In this document: positions 10,301-24,110 of the stretch, one piece after another
Numbering within the stretch: the first letter of the stretch is position 1
Layout of the letters: every line of letters starts with the position of its first letter
The notes under the pieces: model-generated
Database searches by the model: none
What the model was told of the DNA's origin: nothing
Seen by the model: the letters and a program-made list of their open reading frames with translations, nothing else
Position numbers and translations under genes: made by a program
Source: an uncultured Bacilli bacterium
GTDB taxonomy: Bacteria > Bacillota_I > Bacilli_A > RF39 > UBA660
NCBI GenBank assembly: GCA_947628375.1
Contig: CANQZQ010000001.1
Location: 1-52,163, forward strand
DNA length: 52,163 bases
Direction: 5' to 3'

Positions 10301-12680
10301 CGCTTGTTACTGAAATATCATGAGTATCATGTTTATTACCTAATATTGTTCAAGTTAATACAGCTGTTTTATTATTTTCTGTTGTTGGTCCTGAAGCATA
10401 ATTGTCAAAAATTTTATCTCCATTATGCCAAATTTCAACTTTAAACCATTTTCCAGATTGTCTAGGTGTAAAGTTAGGGCTACCATTTAATATCATTGGA
10501 TATACATTTGAATTCCAATTTCCGCTAATATTAGGAACAATTTTCGCAATATATTCAGTTCCATTAGTTCCAGGTTCGCCATCTTTTACAAAAGTAAAAT
10601 TAGTAAATGCAGTTAATATTATATTATTTTTATATTCAATTTGTAATTTAATATTGTTATTAGTATAATCAACATTATATATATCTGCAATATTATAATT
10701 AAAGTCAGTTAAATTAGTATAAGTTGCAGTTCCATTTGTTTCATCTTCTTCGGATGGCACATATCCATCTGGAATAATTAACATAGTATTTTTATTAGGA
10801 ACTATTCATTTAATAGGACATTTTGCTAATGCGTCTTTATTAATAGGTCTCCCTAAATTATCATAAACTGTGAATGTTAAATTTGTAGGAGCCATTGATC
10901 TATCTGGCCACATATTATTAATAGGTGAGTTTCCATCTGCTGTATAACTAAATGTTTTTGTTCCATTATTAATAACTAAAGTATAAGCGTCTTCCATATT
11001 TAATGTATTTCTAATAACAATAGAAGCACTTCCTATATAAACTCCATTATTATAAACAGAACATTTATAAGTAGAAAAATTAATAATTGTATTTACTTGT
11101 ATTTTTCATAGATGCATTCTCTCTACTCTCATTAATTTATCATATTTTTCCATTATTGTCAAATAAGAGTTCAATTGTGCTTGAGATGCGGCGGGCATCG
11201 CTGTTTCCGCTTCGATTCTCGCTTGGAGATTCTTATAAGCGGTTGCCGCATTATTATATTCATTATTTTCAGCAGGAGTTTCCGCTAAACTGCTAAAAAT
11301 ATTATTGCTGTCTATTTCTGCCCATAAATAAGTAAAATTAGCACCAGATTGGATTTGGTTATTTACTCTACAAGTTAAACTAGGAGTTCCGCCATCAAAA
11401 TAAAATTCAGTTCCGCTATCAGACTCTATAGTAATATCCCATTGAGAGTCATAATTAGTAATAGTAATTTCTTTTGATAAAGTAATATCATCATAAACAG
11501 CTACACATTTATATCTGGTCTCTTTAGCTTGAGAATCTTTTTTAGAGACGGTATATTCTCAACCAGCTGGCACTCATTCATAAATAGGTCTATTGTCTCT
11601 ATCTACGCCAACTTGATTTCTTTCATTCTTACATTGCCAGCCTTGTCCGCCATAGCTGCAATAATCTTCGCTAGATGGAATTACACCAACATTTTCTACA
11701 AATCAATAATATTTTACAGATTGAGAATTATTATCTATATTTTTTCCTTTAATTCTTACTTGCGCTCTTAATAATCTTGTATCACTATCTTTGCTATTTT
11801 CATCAAAATAAGTTCCTTGAGGTGTAATAAATACTAAACCATAAGAACTTAATTCAGCTTCGCTAGTAGGGATTGCGCCATAAAATTCTATATCTTTTAT
11901 AAAAACATCATCTGGGTGTCCACTCTCTTGTTTAGGGAATTTTTCAATAAATAAATAAATTTTATCAATATATTGAAAATTATCAGTATCGATATTAAAT
12001 ATTCCGTATTGTCTAGTTCAATTAACTTGTTGATATGGGTCACCAATCATTTGGTTAACATCAATTTTATATCTTCTTATAACAGTATCGCCAGTATTAT
12101 TATCTCAAAAAGCTAGTTCAAATACTATACCAAAATTTCCTCTAAATTGTTGTTCTTTAGGCAATTTAGTTTGAAAATTTCCTCCGCAAATAATAGATGA
12201 TGATTTTTTTATATAAGTTTCTACACTTTTTAAATTCAAACGTACATCATTGTTAGAAGTGTTTCTGTCATAAATAGTTTTAGTTTCATCTTTATAAGAA
12301 CAAAAGCTATATTGATTATTAGAGTCAATGCAATTAGTACCAACTCTTTCATATAAGTCTTCTTCTTCTGTTACATTACCAGCATAATTAACACCTAATT
12401 TTTTAGTTGTGCCTAATATCTGTTTATCTCTTGTCATGTCATTCGCTGGAACTAATACGTATACTTCCGCACCTTTCATGTAAGTAACATCTGAACTTCC
12501 AGAATATGCAATAAATGAGCTATCTTGATATTTTACTTTATATTTTCCAATAGTTGGATCAATACATTCAATAATTTGACATTGAATAGTTTTATCATAT
12601 CCAGCTCTTTGAACCGCATCTGTAGCTATCTCTTCAATAGCATCAAGTATTTTATCTTCATAATTTGAATTTGTTGCCAT
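7395..12680 (-). CDS. giant distal-tail / receptor-binding structural protein, 1761 aa
   Basis: Six track fragments (7395.., 9456.., 9996.., 10350.., 10806.., 12105..12680) are all in one frame. I checked every in-frame triplet between them and found about 24 TGA, no TAA or TAG. Contains G-x-I-G-G-W-x-I modules repeated about every 50 aa. Confidence 0.85.
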
Positions 12681-12749
12681 ATTCTTTCATCTCCTTTTTC
12701 TCCTCTAAAGAAATATCAATTTTTTCATTTTCTCTTTACATATATTTAC

Positions 12750-12785
12750 CCAAATAAAAAAGGAAGAAGATTATCTTCTTCTTCC
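12750..12785 (-). terminator. intrinsic terminator overlapping the tape-measure stop codon
   Basis: Stem ggaagaaga/tcttcttcc (12762-12785), followed by TTTTTTATTT on the minus strand. Confidence 0.55.
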
Positions 12786-15700
12786 TATTCTTTGGCTTGC
12801 TCTATTTACTAAATTATTAAGAGCGTCTTCTATTTCATTTGAACTTGTTACATTAGGGAATGTAGCTGTAATACTTACATTTTGATTTAGCATATCATCA
12901 AAAGTACCTACATCAGAATTCGCGGCAACCGCTGATAATCTGCTTAACATAGCTGAACCTAATGTTCTTATAACGTTTACTGCATTTAATATATTTTCAG
13001 TATCGGTACTATTTAATACTAATTCTTTTTGATGTAATAGCGCTAATCTACCGCCATTATTATCCCAATCTCCTGTATAACCACCTGTATCATATCCAGA
13101 TAATTGAGATTTTTTAATCCAACCTAAATCTTTATATCTACCATCTGCACTCTTAATATGAATACCATAAGGATTTTTAGTTATCATATCTACGATAATT
13201 CCATTAGTCACGCCTGAATAAGCACTTCCGCTTGGATTTCCACCATATGAGTCATGATAGTATCTACCAGAATATGTAGCTACATCGCCTTTATTTAATA
13301 CTCCATCTCCTGTTGAAGTACCTGTATTATTTGAAGAAGATGTTTGTGGAGTGGTTGTAGTAGTACTACTAGTATTATCAACTACTGGTCCAGTAGATCC
13401 AGCGCCAGTAATTTCTCCTTTAGATTGGCTTTCCGCATATTCATTAGCATTTTGATTACTTGCGGCTATTCAATAATTTTTAGCCTCGGTCGCAGCACTC
13501 TTAGCAGCTGATTCAAATTCACCATATTTTTCAATCATCGCATCTAATTGATCAATTATATCTCTCATAGATTGTAATTGTTCTTCATAACTATTGATTA
13601 ATTCACCATTGTTTTGGATTAATTCTTGAGTTTTAACAATAGTATCATCAATGTTGCTAGCGATATCTCCAAATGATTGACCAGCTTGATTTTGTAATGT
13701 TACTAAACCGTCTTCATAATTTTGAGTAGCTTGATCTAATTCATCAAGAGCTTCTTGAACAGCTGGTAAAAAACCGCCTTCGCCAATTAAATAATTTGCT
13801 AATTCTTGAGTTCCAGATTTCATTTGAGGAATTAACTCTTCTAAATAAGCTTGTTTTTCTTCCTCAGTCATAGCTCTGAATTTTTCAGCATCTTCTTCAT
13901 ATAAGTAAGCTAAATCATCAAAAGCAGACTCATTTAAGTTATTTCTAATTTCAAGATTTTCTTCTAATATACCATTTAATAATGGTTCATATTGTTCTCT
14001 TAATAATAACTCTCTTTCAGCTCTCGCTTCTGGATCATTGATTTGTGCGGCCTCCGCCATTTTTTCTTGGAATTCAACTCATAAATCATACATTTGATTA
14101 AGATTTTCTAAATAATGCTCTTTGTCAAAATCATATAATGAATTATATAAATCACCAAGTTCATCTTGTAATTGACCAATTTGGTCATCATCCGCAACGA
14201 ACTGATATGAATAATTACCTTGACTATCTCTTCTTAATCTCATTTGAGATTTATTTTGTTGAGCTTCTTGTAGAGCAATTTGTTTTAACATAATGTCATA
14301 ACGCATATTTGCTCTATCAATATCATATTGAGTTAATTTATCTTGCTCTCTTAAATTAGCAAGTTCTTCATCCATTATTTTCTTGATTTGTCTACGAGCT
14401 TGAATGCTATCTGTTTGGTCATAAGCATCCATATATTTATTTTCAAGTTTTTGGATACCTCAAGTTGCATCAACAGTATCAAGATATTGTTCAGCATTTT
14501 TATTGATTAACTCTCATTCTTCCTCAATATAATCTAAGCCTTTCCCTGATGTAGCTTGATCATTTAATCTTTGGAAGATTTCATTAATTGCATTTAAGTA
14601 TTTATCTTGTAAATTTTCAATAGCCTCTTCAACTGCGGAATTCCATTCATCAACCGCGGCAAGCCAGTTTTCTTTTGCGGCTTGTCATTCTTCAGAACCT
14701 TCTTCCATGGTTTGCATTTGCGCATACCAGAAGTCTTTTTGCATTCTTTGGAATTCTAATTGTTTATTATAATTTTCTTCCTGTCTATCATAATATTTAG
14801 ATAATTGACTGTAAGCTTCTTCACCATAGACTAATTCAATAACATTCATATCATGTTCAATTAAATCTCTTAAAGTTTCATATGTATCAATTTGCTCATC
14901 AAATTTTTCTTGAGCTTCATCAATCATATCTAAATAAGCTTCATGTATTTCTTCTTGTAAATCTAATACACTTTCAAGACTTTCCATTAATTGAGTATAA
15001 TAATCTTTTAAATCTGCTAAAGCTTGTGCGCGGTCGTCGCCATAAGAACTAGCACCGCCATCCGCATCTTGTTGATATAATTGGTCTAATAAACCATTAA
15101 CTTGTTTAGTTAAAGCTTGAACTTCACCAGTTGCCGCTTCATTATAATAACTAGAGAAATCTAATAATCTCGCTCTTGCATTACCTAGAATATCGTCTTC
15201 TTTAATACCGTCGATAATACGTTTCTTGAATTCGTTCCAATCTCTCTCGGCTTCCGCCATATCTAATCGAACTTCTATTTCAAGATTAAACGCTTGGATT
15301 TGTAAATCTATTTGTTCATCGATATTGTCAATAATATCTTGTTCTAGTCCAGGAATAAAGTCAGACACAAGTTCATCGTATCTATCCATGTTCTCTTTAA
15401 ATTTATCAAATTTTTCTTTTGCAGCATCTACAGTTCCCGCTTCATCTCAAGCTTCTTGTTGCTTAGCAGATAATTTATTATATTGGTCAATTAAACCATT
15501 TACATAATCTTCTTGTGCTTGGAAAGCTTCCATATAATTTTGGATAGCTCCATCAGCATTAAATGCTACACCTTGTTTAGCAAGTTCATCTTTTAATTCA
15601 GATTGTTCATCTCTTGCTATTCTTAATTTTTCATTATAATTTTCAACTTGAGTATTTAATAAATTCCATTGTTGACTTAAATTATCAATTAAACTTTTAC

Positions 15701-18700
15701 CAACTAATTTATCTTGTTGAGATTGGACTTTAGATAATGAATTTTCAACTTTTTGAATTTGAGTATCGACTTTATGATATCTATCAGCTTCATCATCTAA
15801 ATAATTTTCATATTTAGCATCTTTTCCGCTGCCAGAACCAGCAGTTCTTGCTTCTTTTTGCCATTTATCTAAAGATTCGTTAGCGCTCTTTAAAGCTGCA
15901 ATACCTGCATCCGCAGCTCCTATTTGATTATCTAAAGCTTGAATTTGACTTTTAGTTTGATCTATTACAGCTTGGACTGTTTGTCTATACCTATCAGTAG
16001 TTTTACCTGTTACTTCATCAACCAACCCAAGATCTTTTTCTTTTAATAAAGCATCAATATCACTATATTCAACTTTTACTTCTTTTGAACCTGTTGTACT
16101 TGGAGCTACACCACCTTGTGTACCAGAAACATTTAAATCACCAAGTACTTCACCATTTTCTGATGCTTTAATTTGTCTAGCTAATTGTTGATAAGCTGAA
16201 TATAAAGCTTTAACATTATTTATTCTCGCATCTATATTTTTCTTGTTATTATCAGTAGCATCTTTTTCAGCTTGTTGCTCATTTTCGCTATCTGTTTCAT
16301 ACATACCACCAAGAGCAGTATATAATCCTTGATTAATGTCTTGTTCTTTATTAGTAACTTCTTTTTGATCTTCTAATTGAGCATTTAAAACTTTTAATGA
16401 ATTTTGATAATTTACCTCTTCAATTTGAGCTTCTTGCAATGCGGCGGCTGCATCTGCTTCAGTTTCTGCACCTAAAGCTACTTCTAATGCATTCAATTTA
16501 GCTACTAAAATACTTTTTTGCTCTTCTAGCAATACCTTTTCATTTTCTAATTGTTCGATTTTTGCTAACCTATCTGCTTCTAATTCTGCCTGTTTTCCAT
16601 TTACAAAATTATCTACAACAGCTTGGTCTAATTTAATCGTTTGATCAGCAGTTTCATGAGCATTTTGTAAAATAGCTCCATAGCCTTTATTAATTAAATC
16701 TTGAGCTTCATCAAATGTGTATTCAAGACCTTCATTAATAGAGTCATGTAATTGACCTATTTCATCTGCAAGACCAAATGCATCATCTACATCTGATTGT
16801 AAATCCGCTTTTACTGCAACCTTGATACTGAAATCAGTATCTTCAATTGCTTGTAAGACCTCTTCAATTTGATCAACAATTTGCTCTTTTTCTTCATTTG
16901 AAGCATTTCTAAGCTCAGCTTCAGAAAGTTGCCCCATTAAATCATCTAATTGTTCATCTTCATGTTCTCTTGCGGTTTTATATAAGTCTTTTGCATTTTC
17001 TTCTTCTTGTTCTTTTATTTCTCTAAGAGTCTCTAAATATTCATGAGAAGTTCTATTTTTAATTTCGCCAAGTTCTTCATATTTTTGTTCTAATTCAGTT
17101 AAATATTGGTCTTGTTCTTCAGATATTTCTTCTACATCGCCAAGAGAAAGAATATCTAAAACTTCTCCTTGTTTTGTAGCCTCTTTTAAAGATGTTTTTG
17201 CTTGAGAAAGATAAGCAGTAGGATCAAAATTTTTTAAAGTTTCTTCAAAAATATTATTTAAATTTACATCTGTTAGACCTAATCCTTCTCTAAAATAAGC
17301 ATTCCATTCTTCAGTAGTAGATTTTTCATCTTGATTAGTATCTGCTTGCATTGGGTGTTGCTCAAATTGAGTTTGAAAAGCTTCTATCTGTTCTCTTGTA
17401 TATCTCTTGTTAATTTCTTGAATTGCATCATCTTTACCAAATAATTGTAAGAAATCACCAAGTCCAGGCGCAGTTTCGTTATATGTATCAATTATGTCTT
17501 GAGCTCTTTCTTCTCGCATTTTTAATTCTTCATCAGTAAGATTTTGAATCAAATATTTCTTAATGGTATCCATTGAAATATTTGGAGCAATAGAATTCCC
17601 TTTTTCATCTACTATTTTATAAGAAAGTTTTTTCCCTAAGGCATTTGTACTTTCAGGATAAAGATTAAATAATCGATTTAAAGTGTTTCCAGTTGCTTTA
17701 GAATCAAGATCTACAAAAAGATTGTTAAATCAATGTCCTAATACTTTTCCAGCATTACTAAAACTCCATTTTGCAGAAGCAACGTTTCCTCCTTCAAGAC
17801 GATTATATGAATTAAGAATTTCTTCCCAAGATAGACTTTCAACATATTGTTCTTTTTGTTGTTTTATTTTATTATAATCTTCTTGAGAAGTATTTGATTT
17901 ATTTTCTCCTAATAAAGCATCTGTATACCCTTCAATTTTGCTTGTATATCCTTCAATACTAGATGTATATTTTCCAATATGGTCAATATTGTCTAAAATC
18001 GAATCTCTCAATCTTTCAATAGATTCATCAGAATCATTACCTAATCTTATATTAGCATCTTCTAATAAAGTCCTTATTTGATCTGTAGAACCATTAGCAA
18101 TTATATCTGCATTCTTAGAAATTGTAGAAGCAAATCTATTTAAAGTATCTTTGCTTTCAAAACGAAAATCAGACAATTCTTTTATTAAATCTTTAGCTTC
18201 AAGTTCAATTTGAAATTTAGTTTTATCAATTTGAGCTGATAAATTAACATGTTGAGCTAATTGAACTTTTTCTAATTGTTCACTTAATATTGTATCTAAG
18301 CCTTTATCAGTTATATCTAAACTTCCAGTTAATTCATCTTTTGTAATTGCACCTAATTCTAAAAGTCTAGGATATTTATCCATTAATTCTAATACTTGAG
18401 AATTAAGTTGAATTACAGCTTCTTTTCATTCAGTAGTACCCTTTTCCATATCTTTCAAAGCATCTTTTGCGCTTTGAAAATTTGAAATTTCAGTTTTTAA
18501 TGTATTATAAGCATCTGTTAAATCACTAACTCTTTGCGCTGTTTCTGTTATAGTCGCATTGAGCTCATTTAAAGCTATATTATCTGCTTCTACTCGTTGA
18601 TATATTTGATAACCAATTGCAACTAATGCGCCTGCTGCAGTAATAATTGCTCAAAGTGGAGCTTCTAATCCAAATAATGATACTTGAGTTGTTAAAGCAG

Positions 18701-21053
18701 CTTTACTAACTCCTAAAAGACTTGTATCTGTTGTATTTAATGCTTTTGCCAGAGTTGGTAATAAATTTTTTATAGAATCTCAATTCTTATATAATGCTAT
18801 TCCTTGAATTGCAACTACTGATATTATGTTAGAAAATTTTTCTCATCCACTTAAATCTTTATCATTAATTGTTTTTCAAATTCCGCTAACAGATGTTATA
18901 GTAGATAGTAATACTGTTGTTCCTCTGACTATAGTATTTATATCTTTCTGACGTTTTTTAATGTCAGTATATTGTTGAATTTGTTTATCTAATTGTGTAT
19001 AAGCTCTATATATATTATCAATATCTTCTTCTGTTAAATTATTACTTTGTTGTTTTAAAGCTATTAATCTTTCTTGTGTAGCAAGAAGCTCTTGATATTC
19101 TTCATTTTGGTCATCTATTTCTTTATTAGCAATTCTCTCTTTAGCCACTTGTATTTGTATTTCTGTAGTCCCTAAAGCAGTATCTAAAATTTCTTCAACA
19201 TTTTTCCCTTTTTCAACATATGGTTGAACATCTTTACTAGCAAGTATTTCTTCTTTTGTTTTTTTTGCTATTTCATATTGTTTAGCTAATACACCATATT
19301 CTTCTTGCATTTTCACTAAACGTTGATATTCTTCATCGGTAATTTCAGAAGCAACGTCTCTTATTCTGTCATAAACTTCATATTCAGCTGTTACTCTTTC
19401 TCGAGTTTCACTACTTAAGTTATCAAAATTATCTCCATATAAATACTCTGCTAAAGCTTCTTTAGATTCTCCGGCGGCCGCAGTATTTTTAGTAATTTCT
19501 CTGTTTTGAATTTGTCTACTAATACCACCACTTATTTGTTTACTAAATATATTTGCAGCTTGTAAACCAAGAGTAGTAAGAGTTTGCATACCTCCACCAA
19601 GACCTTGTAAATAACTATTTAGTACAGATAATGCACCATTCATTACATCTATAAAGTCTTTCGCAGTCTCTTGATCAAATATAGTTGCATAAATTTTTTC
19701 AGCTTCAGTTCTTAATTGTTGTAAATGAGCTTCCGCACTTTCCATATAAATATCTTGTTGTCTTTGTAATTCACCTGTTGAATTTAATGAAGTTTGTAAA
19801 GCATCATTATACATATCTCAGTTACCAAATAATGCAAGTAAGTTATTATATTGTCTAGTACCTGCCATTACTTGAGCTAAAGCTACTTGTTGTTCACGAG
19901 ACATTTTACCTCAATTGTCACCAACTTCAGTAATAACATCTCCCATATTTCTTAAATGGCCTTCGGCATCTAATACATTAATGCCAAGCGCTTTCATTTG
20001 TTCAGTATAACTACCTAAAGAAACTTCATCATCTAAACCAGCTTCAATATCAGCCATACGCGCATAAATAGTTCTTAATGCAGTACCAACTGATTCTGGC
20101 GCTTGTCTAGTTACAGATACAATAGTAGCTAATTGCGCATTTAATGAGTCAATAGGAACACCCATTGCATTTGCGGCAGATGCTACTTTACTCATACCAG
20201 TTGATAACTCTTCTAGATCTGCTGCTGTAGATGCGGCAACCGCTGCTAATTTATCTATGTATTCTTCTGATTGAGCTATACTAACATTATAACCATTCCA
20301 AACCGCAGTTAATTGTTCTGATACTTCTTGCGCAGATTGCCCAGTTACGTTTGCTGCTTTTAAAGTTACATTTGTTCTAGCTTCAACTTCTTCATCTGAT
20401 AAGCCTTGTTGATAATAGATTAAGGATGCATTAGTGTAGTCTAATGTGGCTTTACCTAGCGCTTGCGCAGCTTTATTTGCTTGTACAGCAAATCTTTCCA
20501 TATCTTCTGCGCTTTTGTTAGATACTATTCTAATATTATTTAAACTTGTATCTAAATTTTTAGTATAGTTATACGCTTTTTGTAATGAATTTGAAAGATT
20601 ATTAAATATACTTGAAGATATACCATATCTAACAGTATTTTTAAAAGTTGTTGCAAATCTGTCTAAAATTTGGCTACTTTGTTTTAATTGAATGTTAGAA
20701 TTTAGTACCATTGAACTAAAAGATGCAAAAGCTTCCGCACCTTCCGATCCAGACCGAACTAAGACATTTCCTAAATTTTCAGCTGAACCTCAAGTTTCTT
20801 TAATACTATTATTAACTTTTGTAAAATCTAATTGATTAAGCTTAGAATTATAAGCATCTTGTAAAATATCACTTAATTTACTAGCTTCTTTTCCCGCTTC
20901 AATGAGACCTTGTTTTAAATTATCTCCAACATTTGCGGCCTTACCTTGTACAGACAATCGGATTAATTGATTTTGTAAATCATCTAATGCTTTTTTATCA
21001 ACACTAGTGACAACATCAACTCCGACTTTAACTCTTTTTTCGGTTGTTGCCAT
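12771..21053 (-). CDS. tail tape measure protein, 2760 aa
   Basis: Nine track fragments (12771.., 13470.., 14079.., 14685.., 15447.., 17730.., 18876.., 19911.., 20790..21053) have start offsets that are all multiples of 3. The gaps contain only TGA in frame (checked). The protein is coiled-coil rich, with a hydrophobic segment near 18400-18850. AGGAGG precedes ATG 21051-21053. Confidence 0.9.
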
Positions 21054-21084
21054 ATCCTTTTACCTCCTTATTTATTTATATAAA

Positions 21085-21132
21085 TAAAAAAATAACCTTT
21101 ATTACTAAATATATTTTAATAATAAAGGTTAT
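21085..21132 (-). terminator. hairpin between the chaperone and tape-measure genes
   Basis: 13-bp AT-rich stem ataacctttatta/taataaaggttat. Confidence 0.4.
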
Positions 21133-21154
21133 CTATTAATTTGCTTTGGCCGAA

Positions 21155-21691
21155 TTAATTTATATCTCTTCCACCATTTGCAGCTTTTGCAAAATCTATA
21201 ACATTTTGATATTGTTCAGGATTAAAATCATCTAATATTTTTTGCATAGCTTCAGCTTGTTTAGGCAAATCTGTAATAAATCTATTAATAATTGCGCCAA
21301 CGCTTTTTCTAGCTTCTAATTTTCTTTTCATTACTTCTTCTACATAAGATTGCAATTCTTCATATTCTTTATCTGGAATTAAACTAATAATACCATCAAT
21401 TATTCCATTGCTTTCAAGTAAATCATATAATTTAGTAGGATCTTCTTTTTGCTTATCTGTAAAAGTAATATTTGAATACATAAATACTAAATATAAATTA
21501 AAATACATATCTAATTTAATTGGATTATAAATGTCATCCTCTTCAGCATTTTGTAAAGCAATCATAACTAAAGCGTATTTATCTTCAAAAGGTAAATATT
21601 GTGCTACTTGTATTTCTTGATCGCCGCATTTAAAACATCCAATTGAATTATCAATTTTTAATTTTAAATTAGTAAATGGGACTTTTGTCAT
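21155..21691 (-). CDS. tail assembly chaperone-like protein, 178 aa
   Basis: Lies immediately upstream of the tape measure. Acidic helical protein. No G/GT-type overlapping ORF was seen. Confidence 0.5.
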   Translation of the reverse strand: MTKVPFTNLKLKIDNSIGCFKCGDQEIQVAQYLPFEDKYALVMIALQNAEEDDIYNPIKLDMYFNLYLVFMYSNITFTDKQKEDPTKLYDLLESNGIIDGIISLIPDKEYEELQSYVEEVMKRKLEARKSVGAIINRFITDLPKQAEAMQKILDDFNPEQYQNVIDFAKAANGGRDIN

Positions 21692-21720
21692 ATTAATCTC
21701 TCCTTTTATCTCTTTTATTT

Positions 21721-21749
21721 ATTATAACATAAATTTTATTTTATGTCAA
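21721..21749 (-). promoter_or_regulatory. consensus sigma-A promoter inside the late operon
   Basis: TTGACA-17 nt-TATAAT on the minus strand. The -35 box overlaps the last codons of the upstream gene. Confidence 0.6.
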
Positions 21750-22737
21750 GTTTACTAATTAATTGAGTAAGATAATCATATGTTTTATCAAGACTTTCTT
21801 GTTCAATATCATTTGCCGCTTTATCCACTAAAGGATCTTTTAAAAATAAAGATTGTAAAGATAAAGTTAATTCTTGAGTATTTGATGTAGTAACAAACTC
21901 TTCAAAAATATCTCTTATTTCAGTAAGTGTTGTTCTAATTGTTTCTGTTGTTACTAAAGATGGCGCACTTGCAAAATATTTAATCTGTTTATTTAAAAAG
22001 TCTCCACCTTTTACTGAAGAAGCAGTATTTTTTCTAACTTCTTCAAAAGTTCTTTCAATAGTTTCAACACTTAATCGAGGAGGAATTTTATTTGTTCCAC
22101 GTCTTCCAACTAAAACTCTATATACTTCATAAGCATTACCTAAATTTATGTGTTGTCCTTTAGGAGAATCATTATGAATATAGCTTCAAATTTTAGAATA
22201 AACATGATGAGTTTCATCTGCTTTTGATAACACGGCACTTTCTTTCATATTAAAAGTTTTTCTTAAACCTGATTTATTATACATTCTTAATTTTAATAAA
22301 TTATCTATTTTACTTTTTGTATTATATTCAACTCTTGTATATTTTAATAATTCATCAAGAGAAATTTGTTTTTCATATAATTTTCCTCTATATGGAATAC
22401 CTATTTGATATACAATTTTTTCATTAGTAAAAAAATATCTTAATTCATCAATTAATCTATAGCCTGTTTTCAATAGCTCATCAATTTCCGCTTCTGAATA
22501 ACTTAATTTTTTAAAAATCGCATAAGAAATAGTAGTGGTAGAAGCATCAACGGCCTCATATTGTTGAATTAATGGTCTACTTTGAATTTCTAAATTATCA
22601 TAAAAACTATTCAAAGCAGTTAAATAATTATCTAATGTATTAATAATAGTTTGAAAATATAGTTTTGTTCCTTGAGGAGTTTGACTTATAAATGCACTAT
22701 TTAAAGCATTCTTTATAATTTCAATATTATTATTCAT
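21736..22737 (-). CDS. hypothetical tail-module protein, 333 aa
   Basis: Track ORF 22186..22746 continues through TGA to TAA 21736-21738 (frame checked). ATG 22735-22737 lies 9 nt after AGGAG and is preferred over the TTG start in the track. Confidence 0.6.
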
Positions 22738-22754
22738 ATCTACCAACTCCTATA

Positions 22755-22786
22755 TAATAAAAAAGAGGCGGCAACCGCCGCCTTTA
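22755..22786 (-). terminator. strong intrinsic terminator after the tail-tube extension ORF
   Basis: GGCGGC-aacc-GCCGCC stem, followed by a T run on the minus strand. Confidence 0.7.
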
Positions 22787-22787
22787 A

Positions 22788-24110
22788 TTATTCTTTATTG
22801 TTTAATTTTAATGCTGATAAATCATATTCATAAACAACTTTATCATTGACATAAATTTTTAATGTTTCACCTTTATGAGTGTCAACTCTTAATAAAACAT
22901 TATAATCACTAGGGTCTATATTAACTCTAGCTTCTTCACTCCATCCGATTTTAATATTTTCATCAGTAGCGCATAGAGGTAATTTATCTTTATTAATATG
23001 GAATGCTAATGCATTACCTTCAGTAAAGGCAGCTCCTTCAATACCTGTTGCATATAATAATGTACCAGTTAATTTACCTTCTTGAGAAACTTTAATATCA
23101 GTTTGATATTCACTTACTTCTTTACCATAAGAAGTGTCGTTTCCATTTCTAGCAACTAATACTTTATCATGTCCTTGTTTAAATATAAGCATAGGCGCTT
23201 TTTCATCAGCAAGTTTATGTTCTGCACCAGTATTTGAATAAGTAGCTAAGAATAGGTCTTTACCTTTTCCACTATTTTCAGTGTAAAGTGTTCCATCTTC
23301 TTTTCTAAATCCATCAACATTGATAGCCATTTTACTATAATCTTCATTACCTAATTGTTGTATTAATACTAATCCCCAGTCTTCTGAGTAACCTTCATTA
23401 AATGTGGCTTTTCCGCCTTTAAAGTCAATAGTAGCATTTGCATTAGCAGTGTTACTAATTCTAACGCCATTTAATGTATTATTTTCTAATATAACATGAG
23501 CATTAGGTTCAAAATTCATCATAGTAATTGCAGTATGTTCAATATCTCCAACGAATTTATTATCTTTGATTACAGTTCCATCAGAAATTGCATATCCATT
23601 ATTAAATTCTAGTACATTTCTAACGCCATCTAAATTTTTGAAAGTATTTCCTTCAACAGTTAAAACACCAGTAGTAGCTTTATCTACAAAAATCATACTA
23701 TATACATGACCTTCAGCAGGTCCATTAAGTGTACTATTTTTAACAACAGCATTTTCCCCTGCAACTTTAATTGCGAATATAGGATTTTTACTATCATTAG
23801 TTTCGGCATCAGTAGTAATACCATCTACAGTAACGCCATTTAATACAGCATTGTTTCCAGTAACTTCAATTAAACTAGTATTTTTAGTCATTTGGGCAGC
23901 AGGGGTTACTTTAATATTTCTTAAAGTTACTCCATTTCCGCTCAAAGTAATATTACCCGTTAATTTATTGCCATTACCATCGATAGCTAGATTATCTCTG
24001 GTAACAACAATATCGTCAGTAATATCTTTAATTATTTCGATCTCTTCGACCTTTGGATCGGCTAACGCTTCATCTAGCGACTCTTTATCATTAGCCGCTA
24101 GTTTTTTTTT
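22788..24110 (-). CDS. start-less ORF encoding a right-handed beta-helix (pectate-lyase-like) domain; proposed -1 frameshift extension of the tail tube protein
   Basis: The frame is open from 24134 to TAA 22788-22790. There is no ATG or RBS for the first ~55 codons, and the track start is a TTG without an SD. Repeats VTGNNAVLNGVTV / VAGENAVVKNSTL / VEGNTFKNL / IKDNKFVG / LENNTLNGVRI are characteristic of a parallel beta-helix. Confidence 0.6.
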   Translation of the reverse strand, partial: KKKLAANDKESLDEALADPKVEEIEIIKDITDDIVVTRDNLAIDGNGNKLTGNITLSGNGVTLRNIKVTPAAQMTKNTSLIEVTGNNAVLNGVTVDGITTDAETNDSKNPIFAIKVAGENAVVKNSTLNGPAEGHVYSMIFVDKATTGVLTVEGNTFKNLDGVRNVLEFNNGYAISDGTVIKDNKFVGDIEHTAITMMNFEPNAHVILENNTLNGVRISNTANANATIDFKGGKATFNEGYSEDWGLVLIQQLGNEDYSKMAINVDGFRKEDGTLYTENSGKGKDLFLATYSNTGAEHKLADEKAPMLIFKQGHDKVLVARNGNDTSYGKEVSEYQTDIKVSQEGKLTGTLLYATGIEGAAFTEGNALAFHINKDKLPLCATDENIKIGWSEEARVNIDPSDYNVLLRVDTHKGETLKIYVNDKVVYEYDLSALKLNNKE

